DNA of 64,000 nt, taken from NCBI GenBank assembly GCA_963825865.1, contig CAWGVG010000003.1, forward strand, positions 32,001 to 96,000. The letters are read 5' to 3'. This DNA is from an uncultured Nitrososphaeraceae archaeon. GTDB lineage: Archaea; Thermoproteota; Nitrososphaeria; Nitrososphaerales; Nitrososphaeraceae. This document shows, piece after piece, positions 23,119 through 34,124 of the stretch; positions within the stretch are counted from its first letter, which is position 1; each line of letters starts with the position of its first letter. A program made the translations under genes and the position numbers. A model generated the notes under the pieces. That model was not told the DNA's origin and ran no database searches. It worked only from the letters and a program-made list of their open reading frames with translations.

Positions 23119-23832
23119 TTGAACAGTTTAAAAAGATTGCAGATGAAAATGGAGAGAAAATCTGCACACAATATTTTAAATTGGGCTATTGATACTTATG
23201 GATTAAGGATCGGCCTGGCATCAAGTTTTGGGGCTGAAGATTTTGTTCTTATCGATATGATGGCAAATATCAATAAGGAAAAAACCAAGGTTTTCACCTT
23301 GGATACAGGACGCCTCAATCAAGAAACATATAATGTAATGGACGAAATCCGAAGAAAATATGGAATCCAGATTATAGTGTATTTTCCGGAACAAACTGAG
23401 GTTGAACAGATGGTTCGAATAAAAGGTATGAATTTGATGTATGAAAGCGTTGAAAACAGAAAACTTTGTTGCGATATCAGAAAAGTACACCCTCTAAATA
23501 GAGCACTAGATAATCTTGATGGCTGGATTACTGGATTGAGAAGAGAACAGACAACAATGAGGTCTGATATCAAAAAAATTGAGATTGATTATCCGCATGG
23601 CAACATTCTCAAAGTCAATCCATTGGCAGACTGGACTCATGAAATGGTCTGGGACTATATTCATAAAAATAGTGTGCCGTATAATAAGTTACATGACATT
23701 GGATATCCCAGTATTGGTTGCGAGCCATGTACAAGAGCAGTTCATCCTAAAGAGGACCCCAGGTCAGGAAGATGGTGGTGGGAAAATGAGCACATAAGGA
23801 ATGCGGACTTCACTTGGGATCCAACCAAATAA
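23119..23832 (+). CDS. cysH: Adenylyl-sulfate/phosphoadenylyl-sulfate reductase (Fe-S, APS-reductase type)
   Basis: SSFGAED, LDTG, CCDIRKVHPL, TGLRREQ, YPSIGCEPCT, RSGRWW; ECGLH is present in a shifted frame at ~23799-23813. Confidence 0.93.
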   Translation: MNSLKRLQMKMERKSAHNILNWAIDTYGLRIGLASSFGAEDFVLIDMMANINKEKTKVFTLDTGRLNQETYNVMDEIRRKYGIQIIVYFPEQTEVEQMVRIKGMNLMYESVENRKLCCDIRKVHPLNRALDNLDGWITGLRREQTTMRSDIKKIEIDYPHGNILKVNPLADWTHEMVWDYIHKNSVPYNKLHDIGYPSIGCEPCTRAVHPKEDPRSGRWWWENEHIRNADFTWDPTK

Positions 23833-23856
23833 TACAAAAAAAGTAGGGTATATTTT

Positions 23857-25005
23857 TTGAGCGGAAGCGGCAGCATACCTATCCCACACGGAGGAAAGTT
23901 GATAAACAGATTTGCTACTACTAAGAGGAATATTGACGAAAGCTTTTCGATTGAAGTCTGTACCGATCTTCGAAATGACATTGAAAATATTGCTGATGGT
24001 ATCTTTAGCCCGATTGAAGGATTTGTAGGACAAGACGACTTTCAAGGTATTGTAAAATATGGTCGGCTAAAGAACGGTTTAGCATGGACTATACCTATAA
24101 TTTTAGATGTTGATGAGCTAACGGCAAGAAAGATGGAAGATGCCAGGGAAGTTGGTTTGAGAACTGGTAACGATTATTTTGGGGTTATTCATGTAGAAGA
24201 AGTATATTCGTTTGATAAACTTAGTGTGATAAAAGCAATCTATCAGACAGACGATCTAGAACATCCTGGAGTTAAAAAAATGGTAAGTATGAAAGATCGG
24301 CTTATTGGAGGCAAAATCGATGTTATAAAGAGAATTTCACAATCGCCATTAAGAAAACATAGAATGAATCCATTTGAAACGAGATCAGAGATACAGAGGA
24401 GAGGATGGAAAACTGTAGTAGGATTCCAAACAAGAAATGTTCCACACATTGTTCACGAAATGCTGCAAAAAGCTGCCTTGAATGTTTATGACGGATTGTT
24501 TATAAACCCATTGATTGGCAAAAAAAAGCCTGGTGATTTTAAGGATGAAGTAATCCTTAAGGCATACGATACACTTATAGAAAATTATTATCCGAAGAAC
24601 AGAGCCATGTTTGTAACTCTTCACACTGAAATGAGATATGCTGGACCTAAAGAGGCAATTCATCATGCTATTATGAGAAAGAATTTTGGTTGTTCTCACT
24701 TTATTGTTGGAAGAGATCATGCAGGAGTCGGAGACTATTATCGACCTTTTGCGTCCCATGAGATCTTTGAAGATTATCCTGATCTCGGTATTCAACCAGT
24801 ATTCTTTCCAGCATTTTATTACTGTAGAAGGTGTTTAAGCTATGCAAATGATAGAAACTGTCCACATGGTCCAGAATACAGAGAAGAGTTGAAGGGCACA
24901 AAGATAAGAAAAATGATTAGCTCAGGCGTAATCCCGGCAGAACACTTGATGAGACCAGAAATAGCAAAAGTAATTCTATCTTATCAAGACCCATTTGTTC
25001 TATGA
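23857..25005 (+). CDS. sat: Sulfate adenylyltransferase
   Basis: PHGGKL, FQTRNVPH, MRYAGPKEAIHHAIMRKNFGCSHFIVGRDHAG. Confidence 0.97.
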   Translation: MSGSGSIPIPHGGKLINRFATTKRNIDESFSIEVCTDLRNDIENIADGIFSPIEGFVGQDDFQGIVKYGRLKNGLAWTIPIILDVDELTARKMEDAREVGLRTGNDYFGVIHVEEVYSFDKLSVIKAIYQTDDLEHPGVKKMVSMKDRLIGGKIDVIKRISQSPLRKHRMNPFETRSEIQRRGWKTVVGFQTRNVPHIVHEMLQKAALNVYDGLFINPLIGKKKPGDFKDEVILKAYDTLIENYYPKNRAMFVTLHTEMRYAGPKEAIHHAIMRKNFGCSHFIVGRDHAGVGDYYRPFASHEIFEDYPDLGIQPVFFPAFYYCRRCLSYANDRNCPHGPEYREELKGTKIRKMISSGVIPAEHLMRPEIAKVILSYQDPFVL

Positions 25006-25354
25006 GATTGGATTTATGTCTAATCAATCGATTTCTTTTATGCTTAAATTTTCGAGATGATAGAAAAATTTGTCTTTTGTTGTATTTACTATGCGTAGTC
25101 ATAAACCATTCCAAGTCTGTGCAGTTGCTAAACCAAGCAACTCTAGAACGTACTAACTATCACAATCGTCAGAAATTGAAAAAGGCAAATATTACTATCA
25201 TTATTCTATTAATACCAGCTACTTTTCAAGTTGGCAAAAGCGATCGTAATCTCTTTTAAAGAATACTGGAATAACACAGATTTAAAGGCCGACCCACCAT
25301 AACCATCTTCAGTAGTATATTAATTAATATATCAAATTATCGAGTCTATTTCTC

Positions 25355-26083
25355 GTGAGCAATAATATGTTGCAGTCCGTTTTGATAATAGTTATGATAT
25401 TCATTCCAGTAACAACCTTTGGTCAAATCCAACCACTAAATCCTCTACAAAGAGAATACCACGTAATCAAGACAAAAAACAGCGAGCAATTCGATTTACC
25501 ATTCATAGCGTCAAATAATGATAGAATCCATCCATTTGTTTATTTTTATGACAAACCAAAAGTTACAAACTGGATTTTGACAATACAGAATAATATATCA
25601 TATGCTATGGGAAAAGATGCAAAGACTATTGTAAAATTGCAGGAACCTGCACCAAGCGAAAAATTCATTGAAATTGCAATGTTCGGTGATGCTTCCAAAA
25701 AATTCTGGGCAGCCGTAAATACACATGATTCAGGATATATCAGGATCTATGAACGAGATATTGATGGTTGGTCCAGAGACCAGCCAATAATTGTGGCGCA
25801 CGCAAGTAATCAGGGTCTTACTATTACAAATGGAAAAAGAATCATCGTTGATAGATTATCTATAAATGGATTCACTATTGGTTCGATTGCAGTTTACGGT
25901 AAGGATGATCCAATATCTCCTATTAACACATATGCAGGTAACATATCATTTGATGTGGTTTATGGCGATCCTGCCAATTCTCCAATTTATTATTTACCTC
26001 TGGGCATGTTAGTTGGAGTTGGTGGGGTTGTTATCGGATTGCTTGTATTCAAGAGGAGGAAGAAGTCTTCTCAGGAAGAGTAA
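25355..26083 (+). CDS. Exported protein with a C-terminal membrane anchor
   Basis: N-terminal signal peptide; C-terminal TM helix followed by KRRKK. Confidence 0.8.
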   Translation: MSNNMLQSVLIIVMIFIPVTTFGQIQPLNPLQREYHVIKTKNSEQFDLPFIASNNDRIHPFVYFYDKPKVTNWILTIQNNISYAMGKDAKTIVKLQEPAPSEKFIEIAMFGDASKKFWAAVNTHDSGYIRIYERDIDGWSRDQPIIVAHASNQGLTITNGKRIIVDRLSINGFTIGSIAVYGKDDPISPINTYAGNISFDVVYGDPANSPIYYLPLGMLVGVGGVVIGLLVFKRRKKSSQEE

Positions 26084-26741
26084 TCGTAGTGTGATAAAAT
26101 TTGCATATTTTCTTTAATTCACATAATTTGCAATTTGGCTTTATGGGCAGACAGATGTTCTGCCCGTACACCACGAAAGTTTGGTTCACTTCAGGCCAGT
26201 ATTTTTTACTGATAATGCGACTAAGCTCAATTTCAGTCTTTTCAGGGGTTTTAGTGTTAACAAGTCCTAGCCTATTTGAGATTCTATGAACATGAATATC
26301 AACTGGAATTGCAGGTTTATTAAAACCATATACTAAAACACAATTTGCTGTCTTCCTTCCCACTCCAGGTAACTCTAAGAGTCCGTCAATATCGTCAGGA
26401 ACTTCTCCATTAAATTTTTCAACTATTAATTGTGAAACTTCTTTTATCCTCCTAGCTTTGACATTGTAAAAACCAGTACTGTGAATTATCGTTTTAATAT
26501 CATCTACATCTACTACAGCTAGTTCCTTGGCATTCTTGAATCTTCTAAATAAGCTATTCACGACCTTTGTGGTTTTTTCATCCCTTGTACGACTAGACAG
26601 TATAGTTCCAATAAGTATTTTGAATGGATCACCTTGCTCCTCCATTTGTAATCCTCTGAGGGCAGTAATTCGTGGCAACTTCTCATGATCGAGAACTTGC
26701 TTCATTTTCTTAATTACTTTGCCCACAGAATTCATGGTCAA
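26049..26741 (-). CDS. nth: Endonuclease III
   Basis: HhH LPGVGRKTA, PVDIHVHR and Fe-S motif CLPIKPNCKLCELKKIC. Confidence 0.95.
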   Translation of the reverse strand: MTMNSVGKVIKKMKQVLDHEKLPRITALRGLQMEEQGDPFKILIGTILSSRTRDEKTTKVVNSLFRRFKNAKELAVVDVDDIKTIIHSTGFYNVKARRIKEVSQLIVEKFNGEVPDDIDGLLELPGVGRKTANCVLVYGFNKPAIPVDIHVHRISNRLGLVNTKTPEKTEIELSRIISKKYWPEVNQTFVVYGQNICLPIKPNCKLCELKKICKFYHTTITLPEKTSSSS

Positions 26742-26928
26742 TCAAATAAAGGCTCAGAACAAATATAATTTTCTATAATAAAGATGACAAAGTTAATCAT
26801 ATCTTTGACACATCAAAAATTAGATTGTAACTTCATCTATCTTCTATTTGTCAGATTCTGCAAAGCTGCAAATTCATCATGTCAAATAAAAGTGTGTGTG
26901 AAGAATAATTAAAAGATGTTGGTTATTT

Positions 26929-27660
26929 TTATTGGCGTTTCTTCAATCTCCCTCGTCCTGTCTTTCTTGGCGAAATATTTCCAACCTTACGTCCTGGCGG
27001 AGTAGTTCTACCAACTGAGGATTGCCGACCAATATGCTGATGTCTTCCGCCACCATGTGGATGATAGACTGCAGCCTGTGCAATACCTCTGACAGTTGGA
27101 TAAAGTCTTCCATGTGCCTGCATATATTTGGCTCTGTTACCTGCCTTTAGAAACGGTTTGTCCTTTCTGCCTGCACCAGCAATTACTCCAATCATTGCCC
27201 TACATCTTGGATTGACTATGAGAAACTTGCCAGACGGGAACTTTATAGTTACTCCTTGAGTGCCATGCGCAAAAACCTGAGCAGAAGAACCTGCAGACTT
27301 AATTAATTTGCCACCGTCACCAGGGTTCTTTTCAATGTTGCAAATTAGAGTTCCGTCTGGAATTGACTCTAATAATAAAATATTTCTCCTAGTTGCTGTT
27401 GCTCTAACACCTACTTCAACATTGCTCCCTACACTAGTACCCTCGGGTGCTGGAAAGTAGCAAAATATGTCATCATCAAAGCGAACCTTCGCTAATGGAG
27501 CATCTCTTCCACGTTCATGAACAATATCAACAACTGTACCAGAATGATGTTCGTCTAATTTGAAATTAGGGTACTTCGCTGGTGCAATCTTTCCTACTGT
27601 TATCGCCCTGAATTGCTTACCTCCTCTACCCCTCCTACGGACTAACGTTCGCTTACCCAA
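26929..27660 (-). CDS. rpl2: 50S ribosomal protein L2 (uL2)
   Basis: MGKR..RRRGRG, HERGRDAPLA, HPHGGGRHQH, PPGRKVG. Confidence 0.97.
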   Translation of the reverse strand: MGKRTLVRRRGRGGKQFRAITVGKIAPAKYPNFKLDEHHSGTVVDIVHERGRDAPLAKVRFDDDIFCYFPAPEGTSVGSNVEVGVRATATRRNILLLESIPDGTLICNIEKNPGDGGKLIKSAGSSAQVFAHGTQGVTIKFPSGKFLIVNPRCRAMIGVIAGAGRKDKPFLKAGNRAKYMQAHGRLYPTVRGIAQAAVYHPHGGGRHQHIGRQSSVGRTTPPGRKVGNISPRKTGRGRLKKRQ

Positions 27661-27937
27661 ACCTATTCAAAGTAAATGAGCTCATTAGGTGATTTTAAGT
27701 TTGTGTTAAAACAAAATGAGGAGTATATTAATAATAGATTAGAACGATAGTACCATCTATTGTTACATCAGCCTGTATTGTACATTAAAACCATGGCTTA
27801 TTATTATTATTACTGAATATATATCATCAAATATTATATGGCACCTGCAAGAGCATAGTTTTTTATTATTAGAGACAAAATACGTTAAGTAACAAGATAC
27901 TACGCTGATCCAAGCGAAAGGTAATAAAGGTATAAAG

Positions 27938-30134
<2,197 letters not shown>

Positions 30135-30640
30135 ATAAAAACAATCAACAAATGTATCCTTTCCGTTTGTTCATTGTTTTTCCTTTTCATTTTAAGAGTC
30201 AAGTGATATTTTATTTATTTTTGCTCTGTATCTTTCTTCTGAGTATTATCAATATATTTAAAACATAGAATATTCAGCAAGTGTCGCTCTAGAAGTTTAA
30301 ATAACATACAAAATATCATTAAAATATTTCTCGACTATTAGTGTAGAAGTAATAATCGTCAATCCAAAAATAATACGAAATATGTGCAAGCCTTAATCTT
30401 AGTATCATCATCATGTAATGACAGAATACATGGGACGCATATTAGTTATGGTCGTGTTATTCATATTTCTTCAGACATGATAAAATCCCCTTTGGTTTGT
30501 TGATAATATAGGAAGATGCATATTCTTTTAGTATGCTCTGTCTATAATGAGTTAAAAGTTTTGATAGAATTGTAATTCACTGTGGTTTTTATGGTAAAGT
30601 TTTTAAGTTATATGTTTTAGAGATAAATAACAAAAAGGAA

Positions 30641-31990
30641 TTGGTGGAAAATTCTCAAGTTCAACTGGTGGCAAGTCAGAATCTAACGGCACCAGCGTTA
30701 AATCGTTTTGCAAAACCAAGTGACATAGCCAAATTGGTTACACAATATGGTACCCCGCTTTATTTAATTGATGAAGACACGTTGCACTCAAAAGTAAAGG
30801 AATTACACAACGCATATACGAAATTCACTGGTCCTGTAAAGATCGCATACTCGATTAAGGCGAACTTTAGCCCGGCAATTTTACGTGCTTTTATGAAGGA
30901 CGGAATAACATTTGATTTGACATCGATCGGTGAACTTCATTTTATAAAACACTGCAATGGAGATCCTGAAAACATCATATATACAAGCGTTACAGAGGAA
31001 CCAGAAGAATATCTTGAAGTATTACAGAATGGAGTAAGAAGGGTCGTTATCAGTTCATTTAATGGGATGACAAACTTGGCCAAAGCAGCTAACAAAATAG
31101 GTGTCAAACCCTTAACGATGATCAGAGTTAATCCAGAGGTAGGAGTTAAGGCTGAAATTCGTGCATCATATAGAAACGGTAAATTTGGAGTTCCATTTAA
31201 CGGAGGGACTATTGATAGCGCGACAAAAATAGTCAAGCACTTGATGGATAATGATTTACTTAAATTCGAAGGTTTCCACTTCCATCTGGGCTCACAGATT
31301 ACAGATTTTTCATGCTATACACACGCACTCGACAAAATGGATACATTTATGACAAAAATGAAGAAGGAATATCCAAACTTCCAGGTTAATTCTTTTGATA
31401 TAGGAGGTGGAACACCAGTATTCTATAATGAGCCAGTACCAACGCCTACGCAGATGGCTGAAAACCATGTGTGTAAGTTGAACCAGCTTGCAGAATCCCA
31501 CGGTAAATTTGCATTGACAATTGAGAGCGGTAGATTTCTTGTAGCCGAATCAACAATCTTGATTTGTAGGATAGTGAATACAAAGGAATATAATGATCAC
31601 AAAATTGTCATATTGGATGCAGGCTACCATTTGTTGTTAGACGCTGCACTTTTAAAACAAGAGTATCCTCAGGAGGTAGTTGCTATACCCGACAATAAAA
31701 AGAAGATAACACGTCTAGGGACTCCAAAAAACATCCATCTAGCAGGTCGTCTGTGTGATACATACGATTTATTTCCCCTCTCGAAGGCATCGAGTCTTAA
31801 TGACGCAAATATAGGAAGATATGTATGCTTCTATAATGTAGGAGCATACTCTATCGTATTCAACATGCCTTTTCACTGCCAAACCAAACCACCTGTCGTC
31901 ATGAAGGCTAGCAATGGTGAGTTTAAACTGGTTAGAAAAGGCACATCTTATGAACAACTTATTCTAGAAGAAGGTGGAAACATAGGGTAA
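30641..31990 (+). CDS. Fold-type III PLP-dependent Orn/DAP/Arg decarboxylase
   Basis: YSIKAN (PLP Lys), KFG, HFHLGSQ, DIGGG, ESGRF, GRLCDTYD, GAY. Confidence 0.9.
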   Translation: MVENSQVQLVASQNLTAPALNRFAKPSDIAKLVTQYGTPLYLIDEDTLHSKVKELHNAYTKFTGPVKIAYSIKANFSPAILRAFMKDGITFDLTSIGELHFIKHCNGDPENIIYTSVTEEPEEYLEVLQNGVRRVVISSFNGMTNLAKAANKIGVKPLTMIRVNPEVGVKAEIRASYRNGKFGVPFNGGTIDSATKIVKHLMDNDLLKFEGFHFHLGSQITDFSCYTHALDKMDTFMTKMKKEYPNFQVNSFDIGGGTPVFYNEPVPTPTQMAENHVCKLNQLAESHGKFALTIESGRFLVAESTILICRIVNTKEYNDHKIVILDAGYHLLLDAALLKQEYPQEVVAIPDNKKKITRLGTPKNIHLAGRLCDTYDLFPLSKASSLNDANIGRYVCFYNVGAYSIVFNMPFHCQTKPPVVMKASNGEFKLVRKGTSYEQLILEEGGNIG

Positions 31991-32057
31991 CAACCTTTTT
32001 CTATCTTCAACTAGAATTTACTATTGCATTTTTAATTAAAAAATAGGATCGATTATA

Positions 32058-32378
32058 TTGTCTTCATCCCCATCTCCTGACAAAAAAGGGTTAAACGATA
32101 ACAAAAAAATTAGAGCACACCTGTTCGTACGAGGAAAAGTACAAGGTGTGTATTTTAGACAGAATACAATGATGGTGGCTGCCCGATATGGAGTTACAGG
32201 CTGGGTACGAAATCTAAAAGATGGACGGGTCGAAGTGATAGTAGAAGGAAGTGAAATGGATGTTGGCAATGTAATTGAATGGTGTCATGTAGGCCCAGCA
32301 GAGGCTACTGTTAATGATGTTGCTATAAGATATGAAAATTATACGGGCGAATTTCAAGAATTTAAAGTCAGTTATTGA
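32058..32378 (+). CDS. acyP: Acylphosphatase
   Basis: VRGKVQGVYFR, GWVRNLKDGRVE, GP. Confidence 0.95.
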   Translation: MSSSPSPDKKGLNDNKKIRAHLFVRGKVQGVYFRQNTMMVAARYGVTGWVRNLKDGRVEVIVEGSEMDVGNVIEWCHVGPAEATVNDVAIRYENYTGEFQEFKVSY

Positions 32379-32628
32379 TTATTCAGATATGCCTCCAATA
32401 TTTGCTTTTTTTGATACTTTTGCCTAGTATAGAGTAAATGTAAAAGACTGCCTATTGCTATTGTATGATTGTATTGACATTATTAAATAATCGTTTGCTG
32501 GTTCATATCAGGAAAGGTTCTGAATGTCAAGGTTTTTCATGGTTGTCTTTTATATGGTTGTACTTTAGATTATTCTTCAAAAATGCACTGCTAGCCATAT
32601 TAGCATCTTTAAAGACATAGTAATAGGA

Positions 32629-33180
32629 TTAGAGTATTTTTTCTGCTTCGCTTAACGAATTTACTCTAACTGACCAATCAAAGCTTTTGTTCCATGGTTG
32701 GTTGAACAATATCCCCGATTTTGGAGAAACTATATCTACTAAATTCTTTGGGGCATCGTCAATCAATATATCAAATGGATAATCTGCTTTAGAAGTAGCA
32801 TCATATATGAACATTAAGTCGTCAGAATATACATTATAAAGATCAAGCCATTTTGCAACATATGCTACAGTCGCTCTCTCTCTTTTTGTTAATATAGAAA
32901 TTCTGTAACCTTTATAGTGGATCCGCCTTGCAATCTCACCTATCTGTGGTTCCGTTGGGGGAATTTCCCGCCACCGATATTTCCAGGCATAGCTGAATAT
33001 TCTATAAACCTCGTTTACAGAAATAGGAAGGACTTGGGGAATATCCCATACAGTAATTTCATTTTTGGTTATTTTTGAATGCTTGCGTTTGTTATATTCG
33101 TTTGTCCACACTAGCATGACGTCTGCAAGGACTGAATCCACATCAATTGCAACAGTTTTACTTGCTCCAACACCAGACAT
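32629..33180 (-). CDS. HAD-superfamily 5'(3')-deoxyribonucleotidase-like protein
   Basis: IDVDSVLAD, ILT, LIDDAPKN, FNQPWN. Confidence 0.85.
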   Translation of the reverse strand: MSGVGASKTVAIDVDSVLADVMLVWTNEYNKRKHSKITKNEITVWDIPQVLPISVNEVYRIFSYAWKYRWREIPPTEPQIGEIARRIHYKGYRISILTKRERATVAYVAKWLDLYNVYSDDLMFIYDATSKADYPFDILIDDAPKNLVDIVSPKSGILFNQPWNKSFDWSVRVNSLSEAEKIL

Positions 33181-33401
33181 AAATTATATATCAATAGTTC
33201 ACTGAAAAAATGATAAGTTTATCTTTCAAAGGAATATGGATGAGACTTTAGACTACATCTTCGTTTGTAAGCCTATCTTTAATCCAAAAAATAGATGACT
33301 GATTATTGATTATAATTCAGCTAGAAAGAAAAAAATATGATTAAAAAAATGAAGTAGGTCGATCGTCGAATTTATCACAAACGACTGTTCTTATTGGGTT
33401 A

Positions 33402-33637
33402 TTATCCGCCTGGGCTGCTCGTGTTGCCGCCTGCGCTGCTCATGTTGCCCGCCTGCGCTGCTCATGTTGCCGCCTGCGCTGCTCGATGTTGCCGCCTGCG
33501 CTGCTCATGTTGCCGCCTGCGCTGCTCATGTTGCCGCCTTGTGCAGCAGCCAGATTAGTTGCTGCTATCATATAAAGTGCTAGCACTGTTGCCAGTAAAC
33601 CGACACCAATGACCGCAAAGTTTAGACTTTTGTTCAT
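33402..33637 (-). CDS. Small secreted Gly/Ser/Asn-rich repeat protein
   Basis: Signal peptide ending AAA-Q, then (GGNMSSA)x5-GGNTSSPGG* once two single-base insertions are removed. Confidence 0.75.
33408..33538. repeat. 21-bp tandem repeat, about 6 units
   Basis: Unit CATGTTGCCGCCTGCGCTGCT is repeated directly; two units carry an extra base. Confidence 0.95.
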
Positions 33638-34124
33638 CGGAACCAGGTTGAATGCATTTTATATAAATGTTTTGTAGAATTTATGTATAGTTGCAAGCCA
33701 GAATATAATGTTCTAGGTGAGTACAATGAGTAAATCGAAGGCCACAAAGAACTAAAATACTTGTTGCTTATTTAAATAACGTATAAAATATAATAGTCAA
33801 AAATGGAATAATTGATCGATGATCTGGTGGGGAGCGTTTATTTATTTACTAGCATCCAACACAAAACAACAGAGCCTATACTTAGAGTAATTATATAATA
33901 AGATAACTTACCTCAAGGACCTCATTTAATTTAGTTATATTTTACAGCGTCAGTGGGACTTTAGTAGAACAACACGCACCCATACGAGTAGATATTTACA
34001 TTTGATAAAACACAGACAAAGTCACATTTAAAATATATTATAATGATCATCAGTACAAATAATGATTCTATGTAAATAGCGGGTCATCTTGGGTTTTTCT
34101 GACTAAAGGAGCAATTGTGATACA

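Noticed and set aside
33408-33538. CRISPR-like repeat array
   Set aside because: The units are contiguous with no spacers, 21 bp is a multiple of 3, and they encode a peptide repeat
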